Shown here in pieces: positions 24,645 through 36,000 of a stretch of 64,000 nt of DNA. Source of the stretch: Mizuhopecten yessoensis (Eukaryota); assembly GCF_002113885.1 (NCBI RefSeq), contig NW_018407609.1:1929-65928 (forward strand). The letters run 5' to 3'. Numbering within the stretch: position 1 is the first letter of the stretch; each line of letters opens with the position of its first letter. The notes under the pieces are model-generated. The model saw nothing but the letters and a program-made list of their open reading frames with translations, did no database searches and was not told where the DNA came from. Position numbers and translations under genes: made by a program.

Positions 24645-27600
24645 CACGGAAGCTTTTGTTGTCGTCTGCTACATCAAACGCCATTTAAAAAAAAAGGTTT
24701 TACGCACCTGCCTCTGTGTTTGTTTTCCAATTGTGTAATCACCGATGAGTCCTAGATGGACGAAACAGCTGTATGATGCAGTGTAATTCTTTTATTGCAT
24801 ACTGTATTTATTTTCCAAATTTAAAAAATGCATCACATGTGTGAGTGTTTGTGTGTGTGTGTGTGTTACTTTCATCTTTTTTTTTATCTAACCGGGTCTA
24901 TATACCTGCAGACTGTAAAACTTAAGATCGACGTAAAGTACGATAGAAACTGAACCAGACATAATTCTGTTAATTTATTTTTCAGCATCAAAGACGGTTA
25001 TTTTTTATGAAATAAGTAGGTATTTGTTAATTTCAAGTTGCGTTACTAATCACATAAAAAGAAGTTTAAAGAAAAATAGAAATTTTGAAAAGAAATCGAT
25101 TTATGAAATATATGTATGTCATATGCAATGACCTTATCAAAGATGATTACTTTTGTCTAGTAGTTATATTGGATACATATTTGCACAGCTGGATAGACCA
25201 GAACAATCAGTGTAACGTGTTAATAACAATAGCTACTTGCTGCCGGTGGGATTAACCTGTGAACTCTTTGCCAGTAGGCGGGAATACACTAGAGTCTCTG
25301 TCGTATGCTTTCTTTATGGGCCCTATATGTTGTAAACAAGGTTAACCTATTTTGGGACTAAGTTTAAAGACGACGCCGATAGTCTACCTCTATGCCTACA
25401 AATTAACTACTCTAGAACGTCTGGGGATCAATGGTAAGAGATAAAATTAAGAGATTTCCCATTTCATCAAATATTTACGAAACAGGTCAAGTTGTTTTCA
25501 TTCCAGCTCCGGGCGAGTTCATAAATCCCTTAAAGTGGATTTCATATAATTTTGTATCAGATAACTAAGAAATGTATCAATACACGCGAAAACTTTTTCG
25601 TTTTCTGATCATCCTCAAGTCTTCAATTGTCTTTGACGTCACAATGTTAGGACTATTGTCTTGATTCAGAGGTCACCATGACAAAGTAAAACAAAATGTG
25701 TTTTCATTGGATAACGCGGTAATCTTGTAATAAAGTTTGCGTTACAATGATATGATTTAGGATACTTTTCAAAAAAAAAAAAAAAATAACGTCAATATTA
25801 AGTTAATACTTCCCGTTGTTATACTTTTGTAAAAAATAATTTCTATGTAGGTTCGAGTTACGATAAAACCATCTACTTTGCAGTTTTTTTTATTTATCAA
25901 TATTATATTTCTGTTAGAGGACTAACACCCGGTGGATATTTATCGAGTTATAACCCTCTGCATTACTTACACCCCCTTTCACGTTTTGTTGGAAATCTTT
26001 ATCTGGCTAAAGTCGGCTCACACCAATGTAAGTCAATCAGAGTTCGCGTTACATAGGAGGTTTACAAGAACGTTTTAAACGAAGGCAACTAATAATTTCC
26101 TGAATTTAGACACTTATAAATACTGAAAGGCACCATTCTTTAATGAAACTGAATTATGTGGAAAGTTTGAAGTACATATTTTATATGCATAAGATAACGT
26201 TAGATATGATGTTTTGATGTAAAACGTACGAAGCGAAATACGCCGCCTGTCGCCATGTTAGGATGAGTGGTAAAGTACCGAATGGTACAAATATCACATT
26301 TACACAATGGCTTTTTTGATCGTCAGATAAAATCTCTCTAAGTATATGAAATTCACCATAAAAAGAGTTATTTCATTAACACCTTTTGCATCTTCCCTTA
26401 GTGCTTTTTGTAATCATTCGGTAGTCATTATTTCTTAACAGGAAGAACGTGTTCTTGTATATTTTCACCAGTTTCGTTCCTAACCCGTTTAATATTGTAT
26501 TACTGCTGCTTTACTGAGAATCTGTCAAAACCAGTACAAGTATTTGTGTAATAATTGTAAAACAAAATTGCTGAAACTGAAAAGTAAGTCTACCATAAAA
26601 CATCACTTAAGGCCAATCGCGCAAGAGATACTCTTGATTGGTAGCACAGCACTTTTAACAACTTAAACAGAATTGAAGTCATTCAAACATATGTGTTATT
26701 TATCTTTTATTGCCAAGATTTTGATAACCTTATACAAGTTACTGTCGGTTAGAGTTAAACTGTATTTTTGCGGCGTGTCATTCGTTCGCGATGTAGTTTA
26801 TCTGAGAGGTGTAGTTTGTAGGAAATGTAAATAAAAAAGAAAAGAAAACGGGAAAAGGTCATGCGATACTCTTCAAAGTATTATCTTTGCTGTGTAGGTT
26901 AAAAAAAACTAGTTTTATAGTCCTAGTCTAATTATTTATTTTCTCGTCACCGTGAGGGAACGAGTTGCTATTTCCTAAAGAAATACAGAAAAAATGTGTC
27001 TAGTTTAAGTTTTATTGCTGCTGCTATTGCACTGGTGCGCATTTCGGGAAGCCTCCTTGCTCGGTACATTTGTCATGCGTGAATATTGTCGCGTTGCCAA
27101 GATGAACCATGTACCCTTACAGAACATTTTCAAGTGAGCTTTTTTCCTACAATCTGACAGACTGTATCTGCTGAGAGCAACGAGCATGGCAGTCATACTA
27201 AAGGTACAAACTCTCTTCCTCCAAAGCAAAATAATTAGAGGTTGCAATCGTATCGTGGTTCTTTATATATCTACAGTCAGTCATGGTTTGCAAGTCCTAT
27301 AAAGGAGTCCATTTGGTTTTTGAGTACATTTATTAGATATACAGTTTTATTAAGTTTGTTTTATGGCGTTAGTCAGACACAAACAACTTGTCCTGCATCC
27401 TTCAGATGTGGGATACAAATAAAGACTGTTTTAGTGGGTTTCTTTGCAGTTGCAACGCTTTCTATGTTTTCCTGAGATTCCTGACGAATCATGTTTTGGA
27501 TCAAATGATTAAATACTTTCTTTTCGTTTGGTCTTTATCACAAGATTGTCTTGGTTTCTTAAACAGTCCGTTGCTTTTACCATTCAAATGTTTTCGGAAG

Positions 27601-27660
27601 ATATTGATAGTAAACTTATTTGTTCGGATAGCTTGTTATGGATGTGCTTTTTTAAATGCA

Positions 27661-27765
27661 GAAGGTTCAGTTATTGGGCCTTTCTTGTTTGTTATCTTTA
27701 TAAATGACCTATCAAGTTCGGTAGGTTTGGAAGCATTTTCATTCGCTGACGACAACAAAAGTGAA
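27661..27765 (+). pseudogene. CR1-like LINE RT fragment
   Basis: Translates to GSVIGPFLFVIFINDL...FSFADDNK (GS-x-LGP-x-LF and F/YADD motifs). Confidence 0.75.
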
Positions 27766-27768
27766 ATC

Positions 27769-28045
27769 AGTCAGTATCAGTGTAGAAGACTATTGAAGTG
27801 ACATCAGACAGTATCAATGTAGACGGTTATTTAAGTGACATCAGACAGTATCAATGTAGACGGTTATTTAAGTGAAATCAGACAGTATCAATGTAGACGG
27901 TTATTTAAGTGACATCAGTCAGTATCAGTGTAGACGGTTATTTAAGTGACATCAGTCAGTATCAGTGTAGAAGGTTATTTAAGTGACATCAGTCAGTATC
28001 AGTGTAGAAGATTATTTAAGAGACATCAGACAGTATCAGCGTCAG
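27769..28045. repeat. 37-bp minisatellite, ~7 copies
   Basis: Unit GTGACATCAGACAGTATCAATGTAGACGGTTATTTAA, immediately after the RT fragment. Confidence 0.9.
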
Positions 28046-31000
28046 AGATACTTATCACTAGAGGAGGGTGGAACTACATCATATTTCGTAGATTCCCTTT
28101 TTGTTTTCGTACACAGTAGAATCTGCGTTTGCCTTTGTTTTAGTTCGGAAGTATAGACTAGGAATTTAATAAGCGAAATATGATATTTTGATTATAAATA
28201 GGATGCGCTCCCAGTGTTGATGTAAGCAATGTTTATGTGTTTTTTTGCAACATACCTTCTGATATTTGCAAGATGTTATAACACAAACAAAGATACCAGC
28301 AACCTGTAATTGTTTTTGTATCAGTTTCAGGTACAGTCAAACACTTTTAACAGCAAAATACCGTTTCATAGCCTGTATACGCTTTTTTGGGGGACTTCAT
28401 ACCCTCATACCATGATTTTTTTTATTTTTATCGACGAGAAAGTTTATGATGAGGATCGTTTCATTATTTATTACAAACGCTTGAGATTTGTCACGAGATG
28501 ATAAAAAGTAAGAGCGTTTGTAGGAATCATAAATCAAGTATGTTCCGGAACTTGCGATTATATGATATGTTATAAAGTCAATGATTGAACTTTTTTTGAA
28601 AATAACTATTGTTGTTAATCCATATTATATAATTGGCCTGCATTACCTCCTAATTACAATTCTGAAAACTGAAATTATGATTTCTACACGAAATTACGTA
28701 GTCACCAATATTAGCACATTTCCAATTGTTTATTAGGAATATCCCTCATATTTTACTTGTTACTCGATGAGACTGAGGTTCAACGACAAAATATCTTACC
28801 TCTTAATCTCATTTATTAATTCACGATTGTTTCAATTGTTTCAACATTGATAGTATTTATGCATGCGATTTCTACAAATTGTTATGCTCGGGTCGATTTG
28901 TCCTAGCCAGATATTGCATGCAGTTTTTTAATGAAATGGTTAAGGTTCGTATTAACGTAAAGTGTTCCAACGCGCTGTGCTCTATCTCAAAAGAAAAGAT
29001 TTTATTCATCATTTTCTGACTTGGGGTTTCTTGGCCTTATACCACAGAAAAGCATAATTTATACAAAAGAAATTCATTTTGGCTTCGTTTTGATAGACCT
29101 CCTAATTATAAACAGACAGTGAATTTAAAACAGAAAAGAATAAGCAACGACCTCACAAAGGAAGATCGAGAACAGGAAAAACTGTTATGGGCAGAGGTCA
29201 TAGAATAACACGCGGGCAAAACGCTTTAGGTGATTACACGTACAAAGTTCGAGGCCCGCCATGGGCAAGTTAGGGTAAAAAAAACTAAGAAGACTACAGT
29301 CTAGAAGAACCATGTATATTGTAGATAATTTTACCGCATATGACAAATACAAATGTTTATACACTAACGCTGACGAACTTCGAATTAAATGTCTTATCAG
29401 ATAGTGAGATTAAAGGACTGTGCCCCTCACATAATTGGCATTACTGAAGTTATACCTTAAATAAAAAAATATAACATCTTTCCGTCTGAATTAACCATGG
29501 ATGAGATAGGGGAGTACACATTGTTTTAATAAGGAGAACATTTAAGCCTATGGGCATATATCACTATATAAGAGCCTGGTGAGGCATATTGACTTCCTAA
29601 TTATAGTCTGGTCACCGTACAAAAGGAAATACATTGTAAGTGGATAAATTAAAGAAGTTCAATTAAGGGTCCTAAAACAAACACCAGGTCCAAAGCAAGT
29701 ATCTCAGTTATCCGGAACGTCTAAAAATCTTGAAACCGCCCACATTATAGTATAGTCGACATAGAGGTGTCATGATCGAAATATTTAAATAACACAATAC
29801 ACTTATATAAATATATTATCTTTCATCGTTACTAACATTAACAACTATAGCTAAGGATAGTGACGTGAATACGGATAGTTTACAGGGGAAGTTAGAAGCG
29901 AGTCGGGGAAATGCAGTGTAAAAATATGGTACATTCAGGAATTCGGTACATTGCGGTCAAACCAAAGTCTTCTGTTGCGTCATCGTTATTACACTTTTAG
30001 GTTGAACGTTATTTACAGACTATTTCAAGAAAAGTATATACATGTATGTAAGTAGGATCGCACATATACAAGCTGCATTATAATGCTAATATAAAATATA
30101 CTCTATGATAATCATACAAGACATGCTGTAAGTTGTTTGATTTAAAATGTTCTTATTGCCTAAAATAGCTGGCGACCTTATTTTCTTTGTAAGTATATAT
30201 AGTGGATAAACTAAATCTAACAGAATTTTCTTTTCGTCTGGGTTTAATATGTAAAAATAAACTTTGTCCACTTACGGTTCTTCCCCATGCGTGAAAGCGT
30301 TCTGGGAAATTAAGGCCGCGTACTGTCTTCAAAAACATGATAGTAAACCCTACGGTTTCTGTAATTATAACAGAAATATACGAAATATTTTATCTTTACA
30401 AGACGTCACTCTCTTAGAATGGTTCAATATGAACGGTTCATTCTATTCTCTGCGTACATTTTCAGTTTTGAGTTTAAATGAAGCGACCGCAGAATAAGTG
30501 GTCGTGTGTTCCACCTATGCAGCATACACTATTGTTTTTACACAACTACACGTTCAATATCATTTTTATTTGGAAATCTAACCAGACAATAGCAGTAAAC
30601 GGCAAAATTGCAGTAAAAAAAAAACCATTCAGAATGGCGCTCTGTGTTATTATCAAGCGTGACGTCATAAGAACTTGGCGTCAAAAAATAGTGGACAAAT
30701 AGTGGACAAATATGGACAACTAGTGGACAAATGTGGACAAATGATGACAAAATAAGGACAAAATACAATACAGAATCAGCAGTATTTGCATATTTTTACA
30801 TCAAAAAAGAATATATCGTATTTGTTTTTATATTTTGAATAAGTTTAGTCTCAAAATATATTCTTTCATATTAATTGATTTATCTATCTATCTATTGATA
30901 TAACCTTAGTTTCAAACATCTTAAACAAATCATGTTTAAATTACAACCATTGAGTATTATAAATAAAATGTATAGAAAACATTCCGATGATAGCATGAAG

Positions 31001-31490
31001 GATTCTATACAAAAAGTAACGTTCGACGACAGTGACTTCATCTAAAGCTTCCCGTACGACTCTCACTAGCTCTGACATTGACCACACACTCTTCATAACC
31101 GAATCACAAGACAAGCTTATGCAGTCTATCCACTTTCCTCCACCAAAACAATACAACAGCAAGCAGACATGTACAAGAAGGAACGACAAGACATATCAAA
31201 CAACAAGGAGCGCAATAGGAAACAACATCGCCAACTATTTATTGCTTTTAAATAAGTTTTATGCATAGGATTATTAAGGAAATTGAAATTACATGATTAA
31301 AAAAAGGACAGAAAAAATAGGAAAAGAAAAGAAAAGAGAAAAAAAACCCGAAACAGCGGCGAGAGAATCCTGGAGAGAATACCAGAAATCAGAAGCAAAA
31401 TGCTGAAACAGGGGAGTTGATTCCGTCATTAACACAAAATTGATGACGTCACACGCAATACACGCTAATGAAAACAGGGGGAGATAATTN

Positions 31491-31527
<37 letters not shown>

Positions 31528-32765
31528 CGTAGGTTAACGGGGTTGCTATTGCTAAGGCCGATTTTCTGGATAAGAAAACTATCCTTCCAATTGATCGAAT
31601 AGGAATTGCACATGTAAGGAGTATCTGGTTTGAACAGGGCTCATGAGAACAAAAAGGAGACATTTTTATATTCTCTTTTATAGGACTACTTGTTGGCGAC
31701 ACCACACTTGGGGACACATGCGTCATGTTTTTTTAATTTTCACCAGGAAGTTTTTGAAAAGGATCGTTTCTAAATTCGACAAACACTTCAGATTTGTCAA
31801 GAGGTCATTAAAAGTTAGGGGAGGTTTAAACACTTATATATTTTATGTGAGCCGCTGTTTGCGGCTGATAGAGTAAATCATGTAATATATTGTAATGTCA
31901 TAGTGTATCATTGGCAGTAAATACCTTATAATTACCACTATGAAAAAAGTAAAAGTTTTTTTCTAATAACAATGATTAGATACCTCATATGTCGAAGTTA
32001 TATAGTTGTTTCTCGATAAGGTTTCGGTTAAAAATGCGGTACTACTTCGATTCACTTAGGTCTTGCTATTACATTGTTTCTCGGACTTTGTCGGTAGGGT
32101 TTACTTGTTTATTCTCGAATTCATGATTACGAGGATGCTACTTTAATATTGAGAGAAATAATCGACGGAATATACATTTGCGGAAGATTTTTATTCGCTA
32201 ATGAGTTTCCTAGCGAATTAAGTTGAACATTTATATCTCGCGAAAACAAAATGATTTACAGAAAAAATAAATATGAGATAAAGTTTTAAAACGAAATATT
32301 GCAAAAGACCTTTAGACAAGAGGGGCTCACAAAACCGTTATACGCCTTATAAAGCATTTCATTGTGGCACTACTATATCGATCAATCAATAAAGCCAAAT
32401 ACATGCCTCGATATAAATAAAACATATCAAGATGACCCAAACATGCAAAAAAATAAAAATAGCGGGTTAACTTGAAATTATTTATTATATATATTTTAAG
32501 TTGTCTGGTTTATATGGGAACTGTTCTTTAATCGACATTGAAAACTGTTCACGATCTTCAGCTATAATATGCTTAACGACGGTTAACATTTTTAGAACAT
32601 GACTCATCACCCAATCTTCTGTATTGAGGGAAAAACATAATTTCTGGAAATACCACGTAGAACACACATTTATTGCCGACACAGCCATAAATCTCAATGT
32701 GTAGACTCAAGTGTTTGGTAAATAGTCAAAAAAAATTATCTTGAATTATTCCTGGTCAAAATAAG

Positions 32766-32830
32766 TATAAAATAAAGCGTTTTGTTAACATATCAAGTAG
32801 AAGCTCGGAAGAGAGAGATCTTCGACAAAG
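32766..32830 (+). promoter_or_regulatory. TATA box and non-coding exon 1 of BRICHOS gene copy B
   Basis: TATAAAA at 32766 and donor AAAG|GTAAGT at 32830/32831. Confidence 0.65.
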
Positions 32831-33034
32831 GTAAGTCTCTTGTTTTATCAAGATAATTTTTAATATTGCTTAGAAACCAAGACATTCATTTTGTTCTGAA
32901 AGGGTATAACTCAAACTCAATTATTATATTAATCAAATAATTTATTCATTTCAATTATGATTATAAATGACTTATTGCAATATTTCTAATTACAGTAAAC
33001 ACATATAATGTACTTTACTTAATCTAGGTTAACC

Positions 33035-36000
33035 ATGCGCCTGTTGATCGTAGTAGCCGTAGGTCTGTTGGCCGTAATAGGTCAAACAACATCAGCAGAT
33101 GACGGTCATGTCACTTTGGTATGTAGCAGTGCTCAAACTATGTAGAGTGTAATCCGTATCCTATGTTGTTGTTTTTTGTTTTTTGTTTTTTTGTTTAAAA
33201 ATATTTCATATCCTTAGCGTTTAGATATTTCTATATAAGGTTATTTGATTTTCTCGGTACTGATATCTTCTTTCTTTGTTGGATATCGCCAGGTTTAAGG
33301 CCGTGCAATAAATCCTACTAACAAAAATATCCGACATAGGAGGGTCCTCACACCTATTTTCACATAGTATCTCCATTATTATATAGTATCATTTTTATCA
33401 TTAAAATAAGGATTCACTTGCAGTTCCATGTAAAATATGGGCTGTAAAACGATTTAGGATTCATTGAATTATTCTCAAGTAAACTGTAAGAATGTCATAG
33501 CAGAATATATTATACTGAAAGAGAACTTTCATCGTTTATATTTTGTAATATACTCATTTATAAGTTCGATGGGCATTTTTTTTTTTGGATTTTCAGTTTA
33601 TCTCAGTAATAAGAATTGAAAGATTTAATTCGGCAAAAATTGGCTGCTTGAAATATTGTATCTTGAAACCCGGGAAAATTGACTTTATTAAAATATGGAT
33701 ATTCTCTTGCGGGATGTTACATTTCGTTTCGATGGTACCATATACGATTTCAAAAAGAAAAGAATTCAATAAATATGATTAAGCAATGAATGTTTTAACA
33801 AAATTTGTTATGGTCCTATAACACATAATGATGTCATATTAACGACAAACTGAATAAAGTCCGGCAGGGCTTTATAAATGTATGAAATATGAAGTGATAA
33901 AAGTGTGGTGAAAAACTTAACTTCATTTACTGTAATGCGTGTTCATAAGAGTTGCTTTCTTATTCATTATGTATCTGTTTACCTTTTTTATTTTTTCAAA
34001 AAACAAAAATTATTTTGAAACTGCTTATAGAATTTTGTCTCCGGAATTTTTCCTCGTGTAGTTCCTGTCTCAAAATATCAGTACAGCAGAGGGGGACGTG
34101 TTTGCTGTCAACATGGAAACGGATAAAACCGAAGGGAAGGACATTGTGCACTCAACTATGAATGGGAATGGTTCCCAGACGGTGGTTACAGACCATGCAC
34201 TGGTGAGTTGCATCAGTATATTCAGCTCGCCTGTTTGAAATATAGAATGCTTGGCGGTTAGTATGTGATGTGAGGGCATACATTAGTTTTGACTTCTTCG
34301 CTAAAATACACCCACCAGGGTTAGGTTTCTGTTTAAGGCATAATCTATAAACAGTTGTCTTTCTGTCATCTGCAATCGAAATTAATTACAGGACATTTAG
34401 TGATATTTTAAAGTAATTATCCAGCGTTTAATACGACACCCCGTTTGTAGTACATGGAAAATCTATTCCAGTAAACGTTATGTAAAAGGCATCGCATGAT
34501 ATGGAAATGGAAAAAATATATCTTTTACATAACGTTAGCTGAAATAGTGATTTTTTAAATTGCCTTGTGTGTTTAATAAATCATGCTTAATAGAATGAAT
34601 TGAGAAGAATAGAGTAGAACGCGTTTCAAGTTGGAATAATTGATGCCTATTAATTTGCGTTGTTCTTTTGCAAAAGATATTCTTAAACGTTAATAAATAT
34701 ACATGAAGAAATGACTTACTTGCCTGTTATTTTCATCCTATTGAGTTATTTTGTATTCTAGCAGGGCAAATGTTCGCGGTTTATATACAGCAAACTATTG
34801 TGTGTATTACATTTTGCAGAACTTCATTCAATATATTCTTTATTATATTAGCCTTATACATTTTGCTTACCGAGTTATTAAATTAACCGTACAAGTCACA
34901 AATTATTTTCCTATTTAACAAAAAAGAGCAATATGCAATAAAGCGTCCTTTTTTTGTTAATATTGTCCAGATAGAAGCATCAGTAGGTGTGGTAAGCTTC
35001 AGTTAACTAAGTGCCCTGTCTTACAAGGAATCCTAGATCCGACCCCGAATGAATGTTTTAGCAAATGACATAATAGAATAATATATTTCACTGTTTCTTT
35101 GAATTTTTCTTTCTTCTAAGAATATGCGAGTTGTGATACCAGACTCAGAATCCGAGGATTGTCACTTTTTGGAACTTGACGAAGAAGAAAAGACAGAACC
35201 GTCACTTGAAGAGGACACAGAAGGCGTAGCCAAGGTAAGACATCTTTGATTTTCATTTTCATTCTTTTTATAGTTCTTTATATGTACTACATCATTTCGC
35301 TTAAACATTTTTCCAGTATAACAGATAAGTATAAAGGGTAAGCCTAATCCCTCCATTTCGGGAAAATGTTTGGACCATAATTTTCAAATATTTTACATAT
35401 TGTAATAACATTTGTAGAAAACTGGCGGTGTGGGACTTTTTTGAGCTTTGACTGATATACTGGTGAATATATGTTACCATTTTCATCGGGATAGGGGTAT
35501 ACTTATTTGACTAAGCTGAAGGAAAACATATCGATTATATTTTTTGAAATTATATAATAACATCCTAAATATCTTCTTTATTAAAAGTGATCGCAAACTT
35601 GTATTTTTCATTGGAACAAAAAAATTGAAATGAGTAGAGGATATCACTGTTTTTTATGCCCTGTCTTTTACTATCAAGATTCTTTGTAATGAATCTACCG
35701 ACTTCATTTCTCAACATATTGCATAAACAATTACACAAAGGTCAAATCTTAGTATATATGCCTCGCAGGAGTTCATATTTCAGGGTCTCGGAGGAGTCAA
35801 CGCCAATATAACTGTTGCTATTTATAGTTCAACCATAAGACCAATGGGGCGTTCATGTCTTACAGACGCTTTCTATTTTAATGAATAACAAATGGTTAAA
35901 TAATTTTATATTGTTCATTAAGTATCCACAAGTTGAATTTTATTGCTATTTTCGAGAAAAAGAAAAAAATGGATTTGTTTATTAGTTTTTGTCGTCATAA

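Larger units (their letters stand above)
24340..34301. repeat. Segmental duplication copy B
   Basis: See copy A. Copy B carries additional unshared sequence at ~26100-31600. Confidence 0.88.

Noticed and set aside
31490-31523. Long G-run as a G-quadruplex element
   Set aside because: It is adjacent to an N (assembly gap or join), so its length is unreliable.
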